DNA of 32,000 nucleotides from Desulfotalea psychrophila LSv54 (GTDB lineage Bacteria; Desulfobacterota; Desulfobulbia; Desulfobulbales; Desulfocapsaceae): NCBI RefSeq assembly GCF_000025945.1, contig NC_006138.1, positions 240,001 to 272,000 of the forward strand, read 5' to 3'. Shown piece by piece: positions 24,225 to 32,000 of this stretch (position 1 is its first letter; each line of letters starts with the position of its first letter). The notes under the pieces were generated by a model. It saw only the letters and a program-made list of their open reading frames with translations, ran no database searches and was not told where the DNA came from. The position numbers and the translations under genes were made by a program.

Positions 24225-24269
24225 AGTGGAGCCCATTTACTAAGCACAGGACTCAGTTATTATTTTTAA
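22842..24269. repeat. 1.43-kb direct repeat, copy A (C-terminal passenger plus barrel of autotransporter 1), near-identical to 26295-27722
   Basis: Constant offset of 3453 nt at both ends. Long identical runs, e.g. ggtgatgttgatagcgcgggtattatcgccccgggtaattctattggcaaactaacaattaacgg, occur in both copies. Confidence 0.9.
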
Positions 24270-24680
24270 GAGACAGACCATGTTCACGGCAGAGATCGGT
24301 TTCAGATCTACTATTTTTCTCCATATTATCATATTAAGTAGATACTATGGAAAGAAAGGACAAACAGAGATGCGCCCGCCGGAACTCTGTTAAGGGCAAG
24401 GGTGGGTAGCGGCGTCAGTAGCGTAGCGGCGAGCAAGCGGAGGCCCCCCTCCTGACCTCTCCCGCAAAAAAAAATCCCATATTACACGATAAAATAAGAT
24501 ATCATCTTACTAACTGCTACGAAACGTTAGACCCTAATGAGCTTCACCCTTGCCCATGTGTCCATTTCAAGCTCAGGAAAATCAAACTGCCGAAGATTTT
24601 TTTGCCACCATCTATTCAATATCGTGCAGACCTTAAAAAAATAAGCCTATAGCTAACAGGCTAAATTATATGGGATCCCA

Positions 24681-27600
24681 ATGCGCAAAACGAAATTATA
24701 CCTGGCCCTTGCCAGCTTAATGCTGGCCACCCCAGCCCACTCCTATGAAACAATTACTGTCGGAAATTTTGAAGCTCAACTTCTTGCCCCTGGAGAATCA
24801 GCATACGCCATAGGAGCACAAACTAGTGAAGGTGCTTATACAGAGGTGGGGGACAGAAGAATAATAACAGGAACCGAAGCGTGGACTGAGGGGCATAGAG
24901 ATGCTATTAGCAGAAGCCTGCAAGCACTCGAACAGAGTTTTGCCATGGGTAGCCCAAAAAGAAAGATGCAGATTGCCTTTGCTCTAAAGAAAGGGAAAGA
25001 GGCAAATCTCGGGGACTCACTCGGCACCCTGATTTACGATCAATATTTGACGAAGATTATTTCAACAGGAGAGTTGCTCCTGCGTGACAATAGCCCTACA
25101 GACAAGATCCTGGGTAGTGTAGACGATACTATCAACATATACACATCTACTCCTCTACACTACGGGCCTGATGCTCCTGGCCACGATCAATATGACTTCC
25201 AGTCAACGGTAACCCATGAAATACTTCATGCCATGGGTATTATGAATGGTAATGACACCGATGGCAGCTATCCAAATGGCATCACAAGATGGGATTCATT
25301 GTTAGAAGATGGTAAGGGTGGACATCCTACTCCCGAGAATAGCCCCTCTATGACGACTACCGGTAAACTCGGTACTGTCTTCTGGACAGGGGCGGCTGCC
25401 AAGGCTACCTATGGAGGCCCTGTCCCTATCCAAACTTTTGCAGATGGATATAAAGAAGGTAGTTCTCTTGGCCATCCAGGTCCTGCTGGAGAGCTGATGA
25501 CTTACCAGAGCGATTACTTAGAATTCCCAAGAGCTCCGAACAAGCTGCTGCTTGATATGTTTCGAGATATGGGGTGGAAGATAAATGAGGCGTACTACAA
25601 TAGTTTTGGTCCCACCTATTACAGCAATAATAGCCGCATAAGCAATACGAATAACTTCGAAACAAGCCATAGCTACACCTACGGTATGTATGTTAATGGT
25701 AATTATAATCTTATTGAGCAAAGTGGTAATTTAAAAACAACGAAGGAATATTCTAACACCCTACATATATATGGAGATAAAAACATAATCAGGGTGAGCG
25801 GCAAACAGTCTGCCGAGGCAAATTACTCTCACGCTCTTTATGCTTTTGGTAGATATAACCAGATATTTATAGAAAGAGAGGGGGCTCTGGCCGCTAGGGG
25901 AGATGGCTCTGTTGGTATTTTACTTTTTGGTGCTGATAACACTATTTTTCACTCTGGAACTATCAAGGCGAGGGATGGAGCGACAGCCATTAGGATTGAC
26001 AATCCTTTTGCTCACCAGGCCCAAGGGGGACATGTTCTAAATGCATCACTGCATATTCAAACCGGCTCAGAAATAGTTGGGAATATTATTAATAGTGCCT
26101 CTGGTATGGCAGATATGACCTTTGGCAGTAATTATGCCAGTGATGGTATTAGCTCTAGCCCTGACCCTGATTTCAATTTTTCCTATAATGATGAGATACG
26201 AGGGAATTGGCATCATACTATTACGGCAGGAAAATTAAATTTAGGCGCTTCGGCTATTATCGAAGGCAATATGGTGAATTATGGTACGCTAGCTGGTAAT
26301 GGCACCATTATTGGTGATGTTGATAGCGCGGGTATTATCGCCCCGGGTAATTCTATTGGCAAACTAACAATTAACGGAAATCTTAGCCAAACCAGTAGCT
26401 CTGATTTACAAATAGAATTTGGTGACGGTGGCTACGATCAGCTTGTGGTGAGCGGTACAGCTCATCTTGACGGCGCACTTTCATTAATCCCCATTGGTTA
26501 CCTGGCCCCCGGTACCCATCAATTCATCAACGCAGGCGCCCTTGCCGGTAACTTTGCCACTGTAAATAACTTTTCCAGCAGTATCCTGCAAACCTCTGCT
26601 GCCAGTTTAAATCCCAGCAATTTCACCCTAACGCGCAGGAGTTACGCATCGGTAAGTGAAAGCCAGCAGCAAAGTCTAGCCAGTGCTTTTGATAGAGCTC
26701 GACCGACTGCAAGCGGAGATATGGCAGATACTCTCAATCTGATGGATCTGATGGATCTTACCGATATCAGGCAGGCAGCAGACGATTTTTCACCTTATTT
26801 TTACAACTCTGTTACCACAGCAATTTTAGAAAACATCAGAACAAGATCAACTTTCTTGCAAAACAAGATAAGAGGAGATGAAGCAGATCGTCAATCGCCA
26901 CTCTGGTTCTCGGGCTACGGCGGTACTACTCAGTACGACAAGACAATTACCAGCAACGATTTTAAAACAAAATATGCCGGTTTTATGCTGGGCTTTGACA
27001 GACAATTTGCATCTGGATTTCAGCTAGGAGCCGCAGGCGCTTTCACTGATTTTTCTCTGAAGGAAAAAGCCACCACCAGCAAGGCAAGGGGTTCTGTTTA
27101 TGATGGCTATCTTTACGGTTCATGGTCACCACAGGCAAATGATGCGTTCTACCTGCAATCAACTCTAGGCATTGGCCTTACTGACTCTAAAACCAATCGC
27201 AATATACCCTTTCTAGATAGAACAGCCACTAGCGACCACGATGCAATCCATTACTCTGCCTTTCTTGGCGGTGGTTACAAACAGCAGATAGGCAATTGGT
27301 CTCTTGAGCCACGGGCAGGGTTTGAGTACATCAATCTTGATGAAGACGGCTGCACAGAATATGGAGCAGGAGCCGCCTCCCTTGCTGTTAACTCAAAAGA
27401 TTCCGATGCATTGGTAAGTTCTCTTGGGGTTGAAATTAGTCACACCTTTGATCTCAATAATGGCTTATTAGTGCCGAGCTTTCGAGCTGATTGGTTCCAT
27501 AATTTTTCTGCAGAGGGAGAAGACACCATTGCCACCTTGCAAAGCGGTGAAACTTTTAGTGTTGATGGTCGCACAGCAAGCGAAAATGCCCTGGAATTAG

Positions 27601-27722
27601 CCCTTGGTTTAAGGGTACTGGTCAGCGATAAACTACACGCTTATCTCGAATATCAATATACCTTTGCCGACCATCAAAATGGAGCCCATTTACTGAGTAC
27701 AGGACTGAGTTATTATTTTTAA
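24681..27722 (+). CDS. autotransporter (type Va) with N-terminal HExxH metalloprotease-like passenger; copy 2, intact with terminal ...GLSYYF
   Basis: 1013 aa with the same architecture as copy 1. HEILH at 25215-25229. The C-terminal aromatic residue (YYF) is typical of an outer-membrane beta-barrel signal. Confidence 0.9.
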   Translation: MRKTKLYLALASLMLATPAHSYETITVGNFEAQLLAPGESAYAIGAQTSEGAYTEVGDRRIITGTEAWTEGHRDAISRSLQALEQSFAMGSPKRKMQIAFALKKGKEANLGDSLGTLIYDQYLTKIISTGELLLRDNSPTDKILGSVDDTINIYTSTPLHYGPDAPGHDQYDFQSTVTHEILHAMGIMNGNDTDGSYPNGITRWDSLLEDGKGGHPTPENSPSMTTTGKLGTVFWTGAAAKATYGGPVPIQTFADGYKEGSSLGHPGPAGELMTYQSDYLEFPRAPNKLLLDMFRDMGWKINEAYYNSFGPTYYSNNSRISNTNNFETSHSYTYGMYVNGNYNLIEQSGNLKTTKEYSNTLHIYGDKNIIRVSGKQSAEANYSHALYAFGRYNQIFIEREGALAARGDGSVGILLFGADNTIFHSGTIKARDGATAIRIDNPFAHQAQGGHVLNASLHIQTGSEIVGNIINSASGMADMTFGSNYASDGISSSPDPDFNFSYNDEIRGNWHHTITAGKLNLGASAIIEGNMVNYGTLAGNGTIIGDVDSAGIIAPGNSIGKLTINGNLSQTSSSDLQIEFGDGGYDQLVVSGTAHLDGALSLIPIGYLAPGTHQFINAGALAGNFATVNNFSSSILQTSAASLNPSNFTLTRRSYASVSESQQQSLASAFDRARPTASGDMADTLNLMDLMDLTDIRQAADDFSPYFYNSVTTAILENIRTRSTFLQNKIRGDEADRQSPLWFSGYGGTTQYDKTITSNDFKTKYAGFMLGFDRQFASGFQLGAAGAFTDFSLKEKATTSKARGSVYDGYLYGSWSPQANDAFYLQSTLGIGLTDSKTNRNIPFLDRTATSDHDAIHYSAFLGGGYKQQIGNWSLEPRAGFEYINLDEDGCTEYGAGAASLAVNSKDSDALVSSLGVEISHTFDLNNGLLVPSFRADWFHNFSAEGEDTIATLQSGETFSVDGRTASENALELALGLRVLVSDKLHAYLEYQYTFADHQNGAHLLSTGLSYYF
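26295..27722. repeat. 1.43-kb direct repeat, copy B
   Basis: See 22842-24269. Confidence 0.9.
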
Positions 27723-27884
27723 GGGATGTTTACGGCAAAGTTCGGCCATAGAGACACCACCTTCAGCGACGGGAAATAGCAACAGCGGAGCGGCGAAGGG
27801 AAAGTTAGAAGGAAAAAGCGGAGTGACGGCAGGGGTGCAAGTGACTGACGTAGCTCACCTCCCCCTCAACCCCGTCCCGGCACC

Positions 27885-28731
27885 TTAGAGAATGGGTGGC
27901 TCCTGGCAAAACTCAGGATATAGCTTTTTTGCACACTCCGGACAGATACCATGACTGAATTCTGCCTCTGAATGATCCCTTATGTATGACTCAATTTCAC
28001 TCCAGTAACCCCTGTCATCTCTAATATTCTTGCATGACGCACAGATGGGCAGGAAACCACTGAGTTGCTTTACCTTATCAAGGGCCAATTGCAGTTCTGT
28101 AATCAATCTCTCGCTTTCAGCTTCTGCATTTTTTATTTCAGTAACATCCAGGATTGCCCCTACCAGGCCTGTAACCTGTCCATCTGTTCTCTCGAAGGTT
28201 GCCTTGTGGCAATATAACCTGACGATTACTGGCATGAGTTTTACTTTTAACTTCAAATTCATAAATTTGAGTTCCGGGCTTATTGATAAGATCGGAATCT
28301 TTTTTATGATAAATGTTGGCAAGATTGGCAGGGGCAATATCATAGACAGACTTTCCTATGATCTCTTTTCTGGGCATATCCATGAAATCTTCATAACTCT
28401 TATTACATCCTACGTAAATGCACTCTTCATCTTTGTAAAAAATTGGCACAGGGATTCTGTCTAAAAGTTGCTGCTGGAAGTAGAGTGATGCTGCCAGCTT
28501 TTGTTCCGCGGCTTTCTGTTTCGTGATTAGCCTGGAACTGACTAGACCGAACAGAACAAAACATACCAGAACCAATATCCTGATAAATATTTCACCTTTC
28601 GAAATATCTGTCGCTAAGAACTCAATAAATGACCCTTTATTAAATAGCAAATAGTCCACCATGACGTGACCTGCACAGATAAAAAGACCCATGAGAATAG
28701 CCAATGAGATGATCTTGTTTTCAGTCTTCAT
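27885..28731 (-). pseudogene. membrane-anchored PAS sensor with C-terminal Cys/His-rich module (CxxC...HGICPxC); reading frame broken once
   Basis: ORF 28138-28731 encodes 2 TM helices plus the N-terminal half of a PAS domain (LLDRIPVPIFYKDEECIYVGCNKSYEDFMDMPRKEIIGKSVYD...IYEFEVKSKTHA). ORF 27885-28343 continues the PAS domain in another frame (VIVRLYCHKATFERTDGQVTGLVGAILDVTEIKNAE), then LPICASCKNIRDDRGYWSEIESYIRDHSEAEFSHGICPECAKKLY. The frame switch lies near 28220-28250, a region containing A4 runs. Confidence 0.7.
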
Positions 28732-29040
28732 AGCTAGCCTTCTCCTTTTATAAAAACAGGGTATTGCTCGTGCGTAGACATTATGATCTCTTCTTTTTAT
28801 TGTAGAAATATTTTCTTAGCCACTCGCATGCAAAACTGCTCAAACCAGAATTAATTTTATATGGCTCATCATTATCCCCACTTCTTGAAGTGATACCCTA
28901 TCGGTTTAACAGGAACAAGATGAACCTGCAAAGGGTTTCCCTCTCAGATATCAAACTTTTGCAGTAAGGCAGCTTGTAGGGGGGAGGGATTTTGCTCCGT
29001 TACACGGGCAAGGATGGATAGCAGCGACGAACCCCCTTCA

Positions 29041-29123
29041 CCTCCCCCTTTTCTCCTCCCCCTTATTTTCAAGGGGGAGGTCGGGAGGGGGTTGAAGGGG
29101 GAGGTAAAGGGGGGAGGAGGAGA
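29041..29123. repeat. copy of the C5/G5 hairpin module plus a G-run extension
   Basis: cctcccccttttctcctccccc / ttattttcaa / gggggaggtcgggaggggg. The loop and right arm are almost identical to 762-793. It is followed by ttgaagggggaggtaaaggggggaggagg. Confidence 0.7.
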
Positions 29124-29127
29124 GTGC

Positions 29128-29913
29128 CTAGAAGAAGAGCCGAGGTTCCTTGCGAGTGCGGCAGTTATTATGCAGCTTCAAAGCCAGTTCGGCAAGAGCC
29201 GGAACGGCAAAGGAGATGGCGGACGTCGGGCAGCTCTTAATGCAGGCACAGCAACGGATACAGTCACCGGCCTCAAAGAGTATCTTGCCCTCGACAGCAC
29301 TGATGATCCCTGCAGGACAGACCGAGGTACAGGTCTCACAAAAGTTACAGAGAGTTGAATCGACCTGCGGAGTATAGTCCACCGGTCCAACGCCCTGTCG
29401 ATATTCCGCATTGCCGGGCACCTGGAGGGCTGAATCACCACTATGGGCAAGTCTCTCTGCTACCTCTCGACCAAACTCTTTGGCGGCGAGGAGATCTGCC
29501 TCATCCGGTCTACCGGCACCGATGGGGGTATTGCTGGTGGAGTAGGAGTGTTCGCCGATAAAGGCGGCGGCAGCTAAGGGGACAAAGCCCTGAGACTGGG
29601 CCAGATCCTGCAACTCTAGAAGGGCATCCTCAAAATCACGATTACCGTAGACCACCACCAGAACGGCAGGGGTTCCTGCCCCCCGAATTGCCTCCAGACG
29701 CTTACGGGCCAGGGGTGCTATTCGTCCGGCATAGACGGGAACAACTATAATGGCCAGGGCAGTGGCAGGTAGTGCCTCTTCTGCCGTGGCAAAGGTAAGG
29801 TCATGCCTGTGGAAGGCTGGACCGGCAAGCTCTTCGGCAATACTATAGCCGATGCTCTTTGAGGTATTTGTGGGGGAAAAATATATGAGATGGGTACTGT
29901 CTGTATGATGCAT
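29128..29913 (-). CDS. flavodoxin-like domain fused to a 2x[4Fe-4S] ferredoxin domain (EFR1-like ferredoxin)
   Basis: The N-terminal IYFSPTNTSKS...VVPVYAGRIAP...VVYGNRDFEDAL is flavodoxin-fold-like. The C-terminal part has CNFCETCTSVCP and CIRCCACIKSCP clusters. Confidence 0.75.
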   Translation of the reverse strand: MHHTDSTHLIYFSPTNTSKSIGYSIAEELAGPAFHRHDLTFATAEEALPATALAIIVVPVYAGRIAPLARKRLEAIRGAGTPAVLVVVYGNRDFEDALLELQDLAQSQGFVPLAAAAFIGEHSYSTSNTPIGAGRPDEADLLAAKEFGREVAERLAHSGDSALQVPGNAEYRQGVGPVDYTPQVDSTLCNFCETCTSVCPAGIISAVEGKILFEAGDCIRCCACIKSCPTSAISFAVPALAELALKLHNNCRTRKEPRLFF

Positions 29914-30077
29914 CGTGTCACCTTTTGAAAAACGTGAAAGCTACTCAGCCACAGCACTCGAAAAGGGTACTGCGGATATAATACAGGGTGTAATTATTAA
30001 GACTGTTGGAAGGCCTCAACGACAAAACACCCCTTGGTAAAAGCCCCTTAAAGGAGTTCAAGACCAGTAGAACAAGC

Positions 30078-31148
30078 CTAGAGGCTATAAATAAAGCGTC
30101 TGTCCACCTTGCCACTGGCCGTCCTGACCAGTTGGGAGACATAGATGATCTGCCGGGGCAGGGCATATTTATCCAGTACCTCCGCAAGCATGAGACACAT
30201 CTTTTTTCGGAAGAGATCCTGTTTGGATCTGCTCAGATAATAGATATCGGCCGACTCTATGACCAGAATAATCTTCCGGCCCAGACGACTGTCAGGACTT
30301 GAGGTCAGCAAAAATGGATAGTCAAGCAGATGGACAATGCGGCTCTCAAGCTCTTCCGGGGAAAATTTAATTCCGCCTGAGTTAATGATATTATCCCAGC
30401 GCCCCAACCAGCGAAAGCCTCCGGCACAAAGCGCTGCCATATCGTTACTGATCAGAGCTTGGCCTACCACCTCACCATCCTCCACCACCAGACAGCCACG
30501 CTCATCACAGGCGAACTCCACCCCCGGCAGGCCTCGATAAATATCATCGACACCAATTTTTTGCAGGGCCACATGGGAGCAGGTCTCTGTCATGCCATAG
30601 CCCAGATAAAACTCCGTCTCCGGGCAGGCCAAAATCAACTCCCGCAGGGGGGCTGAAACCTCGGCCCCGCCGAGGAGAACAGTCTTCACCCGGACAGTAT
30701 AGCCAATATCCCGCAGCATATTTTCCGCCTGAAGGGGAACCATGGCCACAAAGTCAATATCGTCACTAAATTTTCGGTGGGGATTGCCCTCGGGGGCGAT
30801 GGTCAGAAGCTCGGCCCCGGAGACCAGGGCCCTAATAAGCATCATCTTACCGGCAATATATTCCGCCGAGAGACAGAGGGCCAGTCGACTGACCTCCGAG
30901 ATATGAAAAAAAGCACAGGTCCGACGGGCAGAGGCCAACATGGCCCTCTTGGCAAGCTGAATAGGCTTGGCCTTTCCGGTGGAGCCAGAGGTATACTGCT
31001 CTATACTCTCCGCAGACTGCCACCAGGCAGCCAAAAAGGTGAAAATATTCTGCCGCCAGAGGGGCAGATCGAGGAAGGCCTCGCTCTTAAGCAGGGAGGT
31101 AAGAGATTCAGCATCATAGATCTTTCCATCAATTTTAACAGAGTCCAT
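30078..31148 (-). CDS. menE: o-succinylbenzoate--CoA ligase, short form (ANL/AMP-binding superfamily)
   Basis: AMP-binding motif YTSGSTGKAKPI, plus GYGMTET and the C-terminal ...SGKVDRR. It starts 11 nt downstream of menC. Its 356-aa length is shorter than canonical MenE, so the assignment leans on synteny. Confidence 0.7.
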   Translation of the reverse strand: MDSVKIDGKIYDAESLTSLLKSEAFLDLPLWRQNIFTFLAAWWQSAESIEQYTSGSTGKAKPIQLAKRAMLASARRTCAFFHISEVSRLALCLSAEYIAGKMMLIRALVSGAELLTIAPEGNPHRKFSDDIDFVAMVPLQAENMLRDIGYTVRVKTVLLGGAEVSAPLRELILACPETEFYLGYGMTETCSHVALQKIGVDDIYRGLPGVEFACDERGCLVVEDGEVVGQALISNDMAALCAGGFRWLGRWDNIINSGGIKFSPEELESRIVHLLDYPFLLTSSPDSRLGRKIILVIESADIYYLSRSKQDLFRKKMCLMLAEVLDKYALPRQIIYVSQLVRTASGKVDRRFIYSL

Positions 31149-31159
31149 CGGCAGATCCT

Positions 31160-32000
31160 TTAAGATACCCCCAAAAGTCCCCCGTCCACGGCAAGGTTTG
31201 AGGGAAGATTATTGGTATATAGCTGGCCTGTCCCCAGCCCTTGGGGCATGGTGGGCTGATAGAGGGCCGTCCACTGGGCAATGGCGGCAAGCCCCAGATT
31301 AGATTCAAGGGCCGAAGTGATCCAGAAACCGATACCACGCTCTCGAGCAAGCTCTATCCACTGTCCGGCATAGTGAAAGCCACCAAGCAGGGATGGTTTG
31401 AGAATGATATACTGGGGCCTGATGGCATCGAGCATGGCAGAACGCTGTTCAGCCCCTAGCCCGATCAGCTCCTCATCCAGAGCAATGGCCAGAGGAGAGT
31501 TGGCACAGAGAGCCGCCATCTCGGACCATTGATGCTGGCGAATGGGCTGCTCAATGGAGTGAAGATGGAACTGACTGAGACGCTTCAGTCTTTGTGGGGC
31601 ATTGGCAGGCGAAAAGGCACCGTTGGCATCGACCCGAATCTCCAGCTGCTGCGGAGAAAAGCTCTCACGAATGCCGGCGAGAAGGGCACACTCTTTATCG
31701 AAATCAATGGCCCCAATCTTCAATTTCAGACAGCCATAGCCCTCGGCCAGCTTGGCCTCGATCTGTTCCTGCATAAAAGCGGCCTCGCCCATCCAGATCA
31801 GGCCATTGACCGGAATCCGCTTTTCACCACGAGTAAAGTCCGAGGCGAACCACTCCTGCCTGCCTCCAGAGAGCAGATCCAGCAGGGCCATCTCCAGGGC
31901 AAAGCGCAGGGCAGGAAAGCGACCATCGGTTGAGACCTGCCAGGAATCCAAAATTCCGGCAATATCGGTCAGAACAGACCTGTAGTCAGAAAAATCCGCC
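31160..32000 (-). CDS. menC: o-succinylbenzoate synthase (enolase superfamily), 5-prime end beyond window
   Basis: The frame stays open upstream of the listed TTG (31951) to the window edge (ADFSDYRSVLTDIAGILDSW...). Enolase-superfamily metal-ligand pattern VDANGA...IEQP...LDEEL...KPSL. Adjacent to menE. Confidence 0.75.
   Translation of the reverse strand, partial: ADFSDYRSVLTDIAGILDSWQVSTDGRFPALRFALEMALLDLLSGGRQEWFASDFTRGEKRIPVNGLIWMGEAAFMQEQIEAKLAEGYGCLKLKIGAIDFDKECALLAGIRESFSPQQLEIRVDANGAFSPANAPQRLKRLSQFHLHSIEQPIRQHQWSEMAALCANSPLAIALDEELIGLGAEQRSAMLDAIRPQYIILKPSLLGGFHYAGQWIELARERGIGFWITSALESNLGLAAIAQWTALYQPTMPQGLGTGQLYTNNLPSNLAVDGGLLGVS

Noticed and set aside
28030-28464. 144-aa plus-strand ORF
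   Set aside because: It is antisense to the PAS sensor gene, whose two halves have clear domain homology.
29128-29561. ORFs 29014-29358, 29150-29377 and 29355-29561 (plus) and 29178-29450 (minus)
   Set aside because: They overlap the flavodoxin/ferredoxin gene in other frames or on the other strand. The first starts in the G-rich repeat module.
1-32000. Search for rRNA, tRNA, a cobalamin riboswitch, transposases, integrases and reverse transcriptase/DGR components
   Set aside because: I recognised none by eye. This is a manual scan only. tRNAscan-SE, Infernal/Rfam and ISfinder searches would be needed to exclude them formally.

Overview
This is a 32-kb window from a diderm (Gram-negative) bacterium. 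It is probably an anaerobe, given cbiH, menC-menE and a flavodoxin/4Fe-4S gene; any lineage call beyond that would be a guess. I support about 23 protein-coding genes and found no rRNA, tRNA, CRISPR array, transposase or integrase by eye.

Core genes:
- cbiH (partial)
- a Sel1-repeat protein
- an OmpA-type lipoprotein
- an sCache-GGDEF cyclase
- a ChaA-like antiporter
- a secreted PSD-family decarboxylase
- a CvfB/YitL-like S1 protein
- a SpoU methyltransferase
- a CSD-TM-Excalibur protein
- a GNAT acetyltransferase
- two lipoproteins
- two tandem HExxH-protease autotransporters
- menE and menC (partial)

Three genes look damaged: hicB and a PAS sensor carry frameshifts, and autotransporter copy 1 carries an in-frame TAA that removes its terminal beta-strand.

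The most interesting region is an AT-rich block of five genes, all on the minus strand (about 14.1-18.85 kb, roughly one-third G+C by hand count). It starts with a SMODS-type nucleotidyltransferase carrying an AGS-C-like tail, translationally coupled to a SLATT membrane effector. Three orphan genes follow: a polytopic membrane protein, a T5orf172/GIY-YIG-like protein and a UPF0489-like protein. I read this as a candidate nucleotide-signalling anti-phage or conflict locus that is predicted in silico but largely uncharacterised.

Second, almost every core intergenic region is built from a shared vocabulary of short sequence modules. These include three pure heptanucleotide tandem arrays, two of which bracket the SpoU methyltransferase gene and one of which lies just upstream of the CSD-Excalibur gene. 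The AT-rich block lacks these modules.
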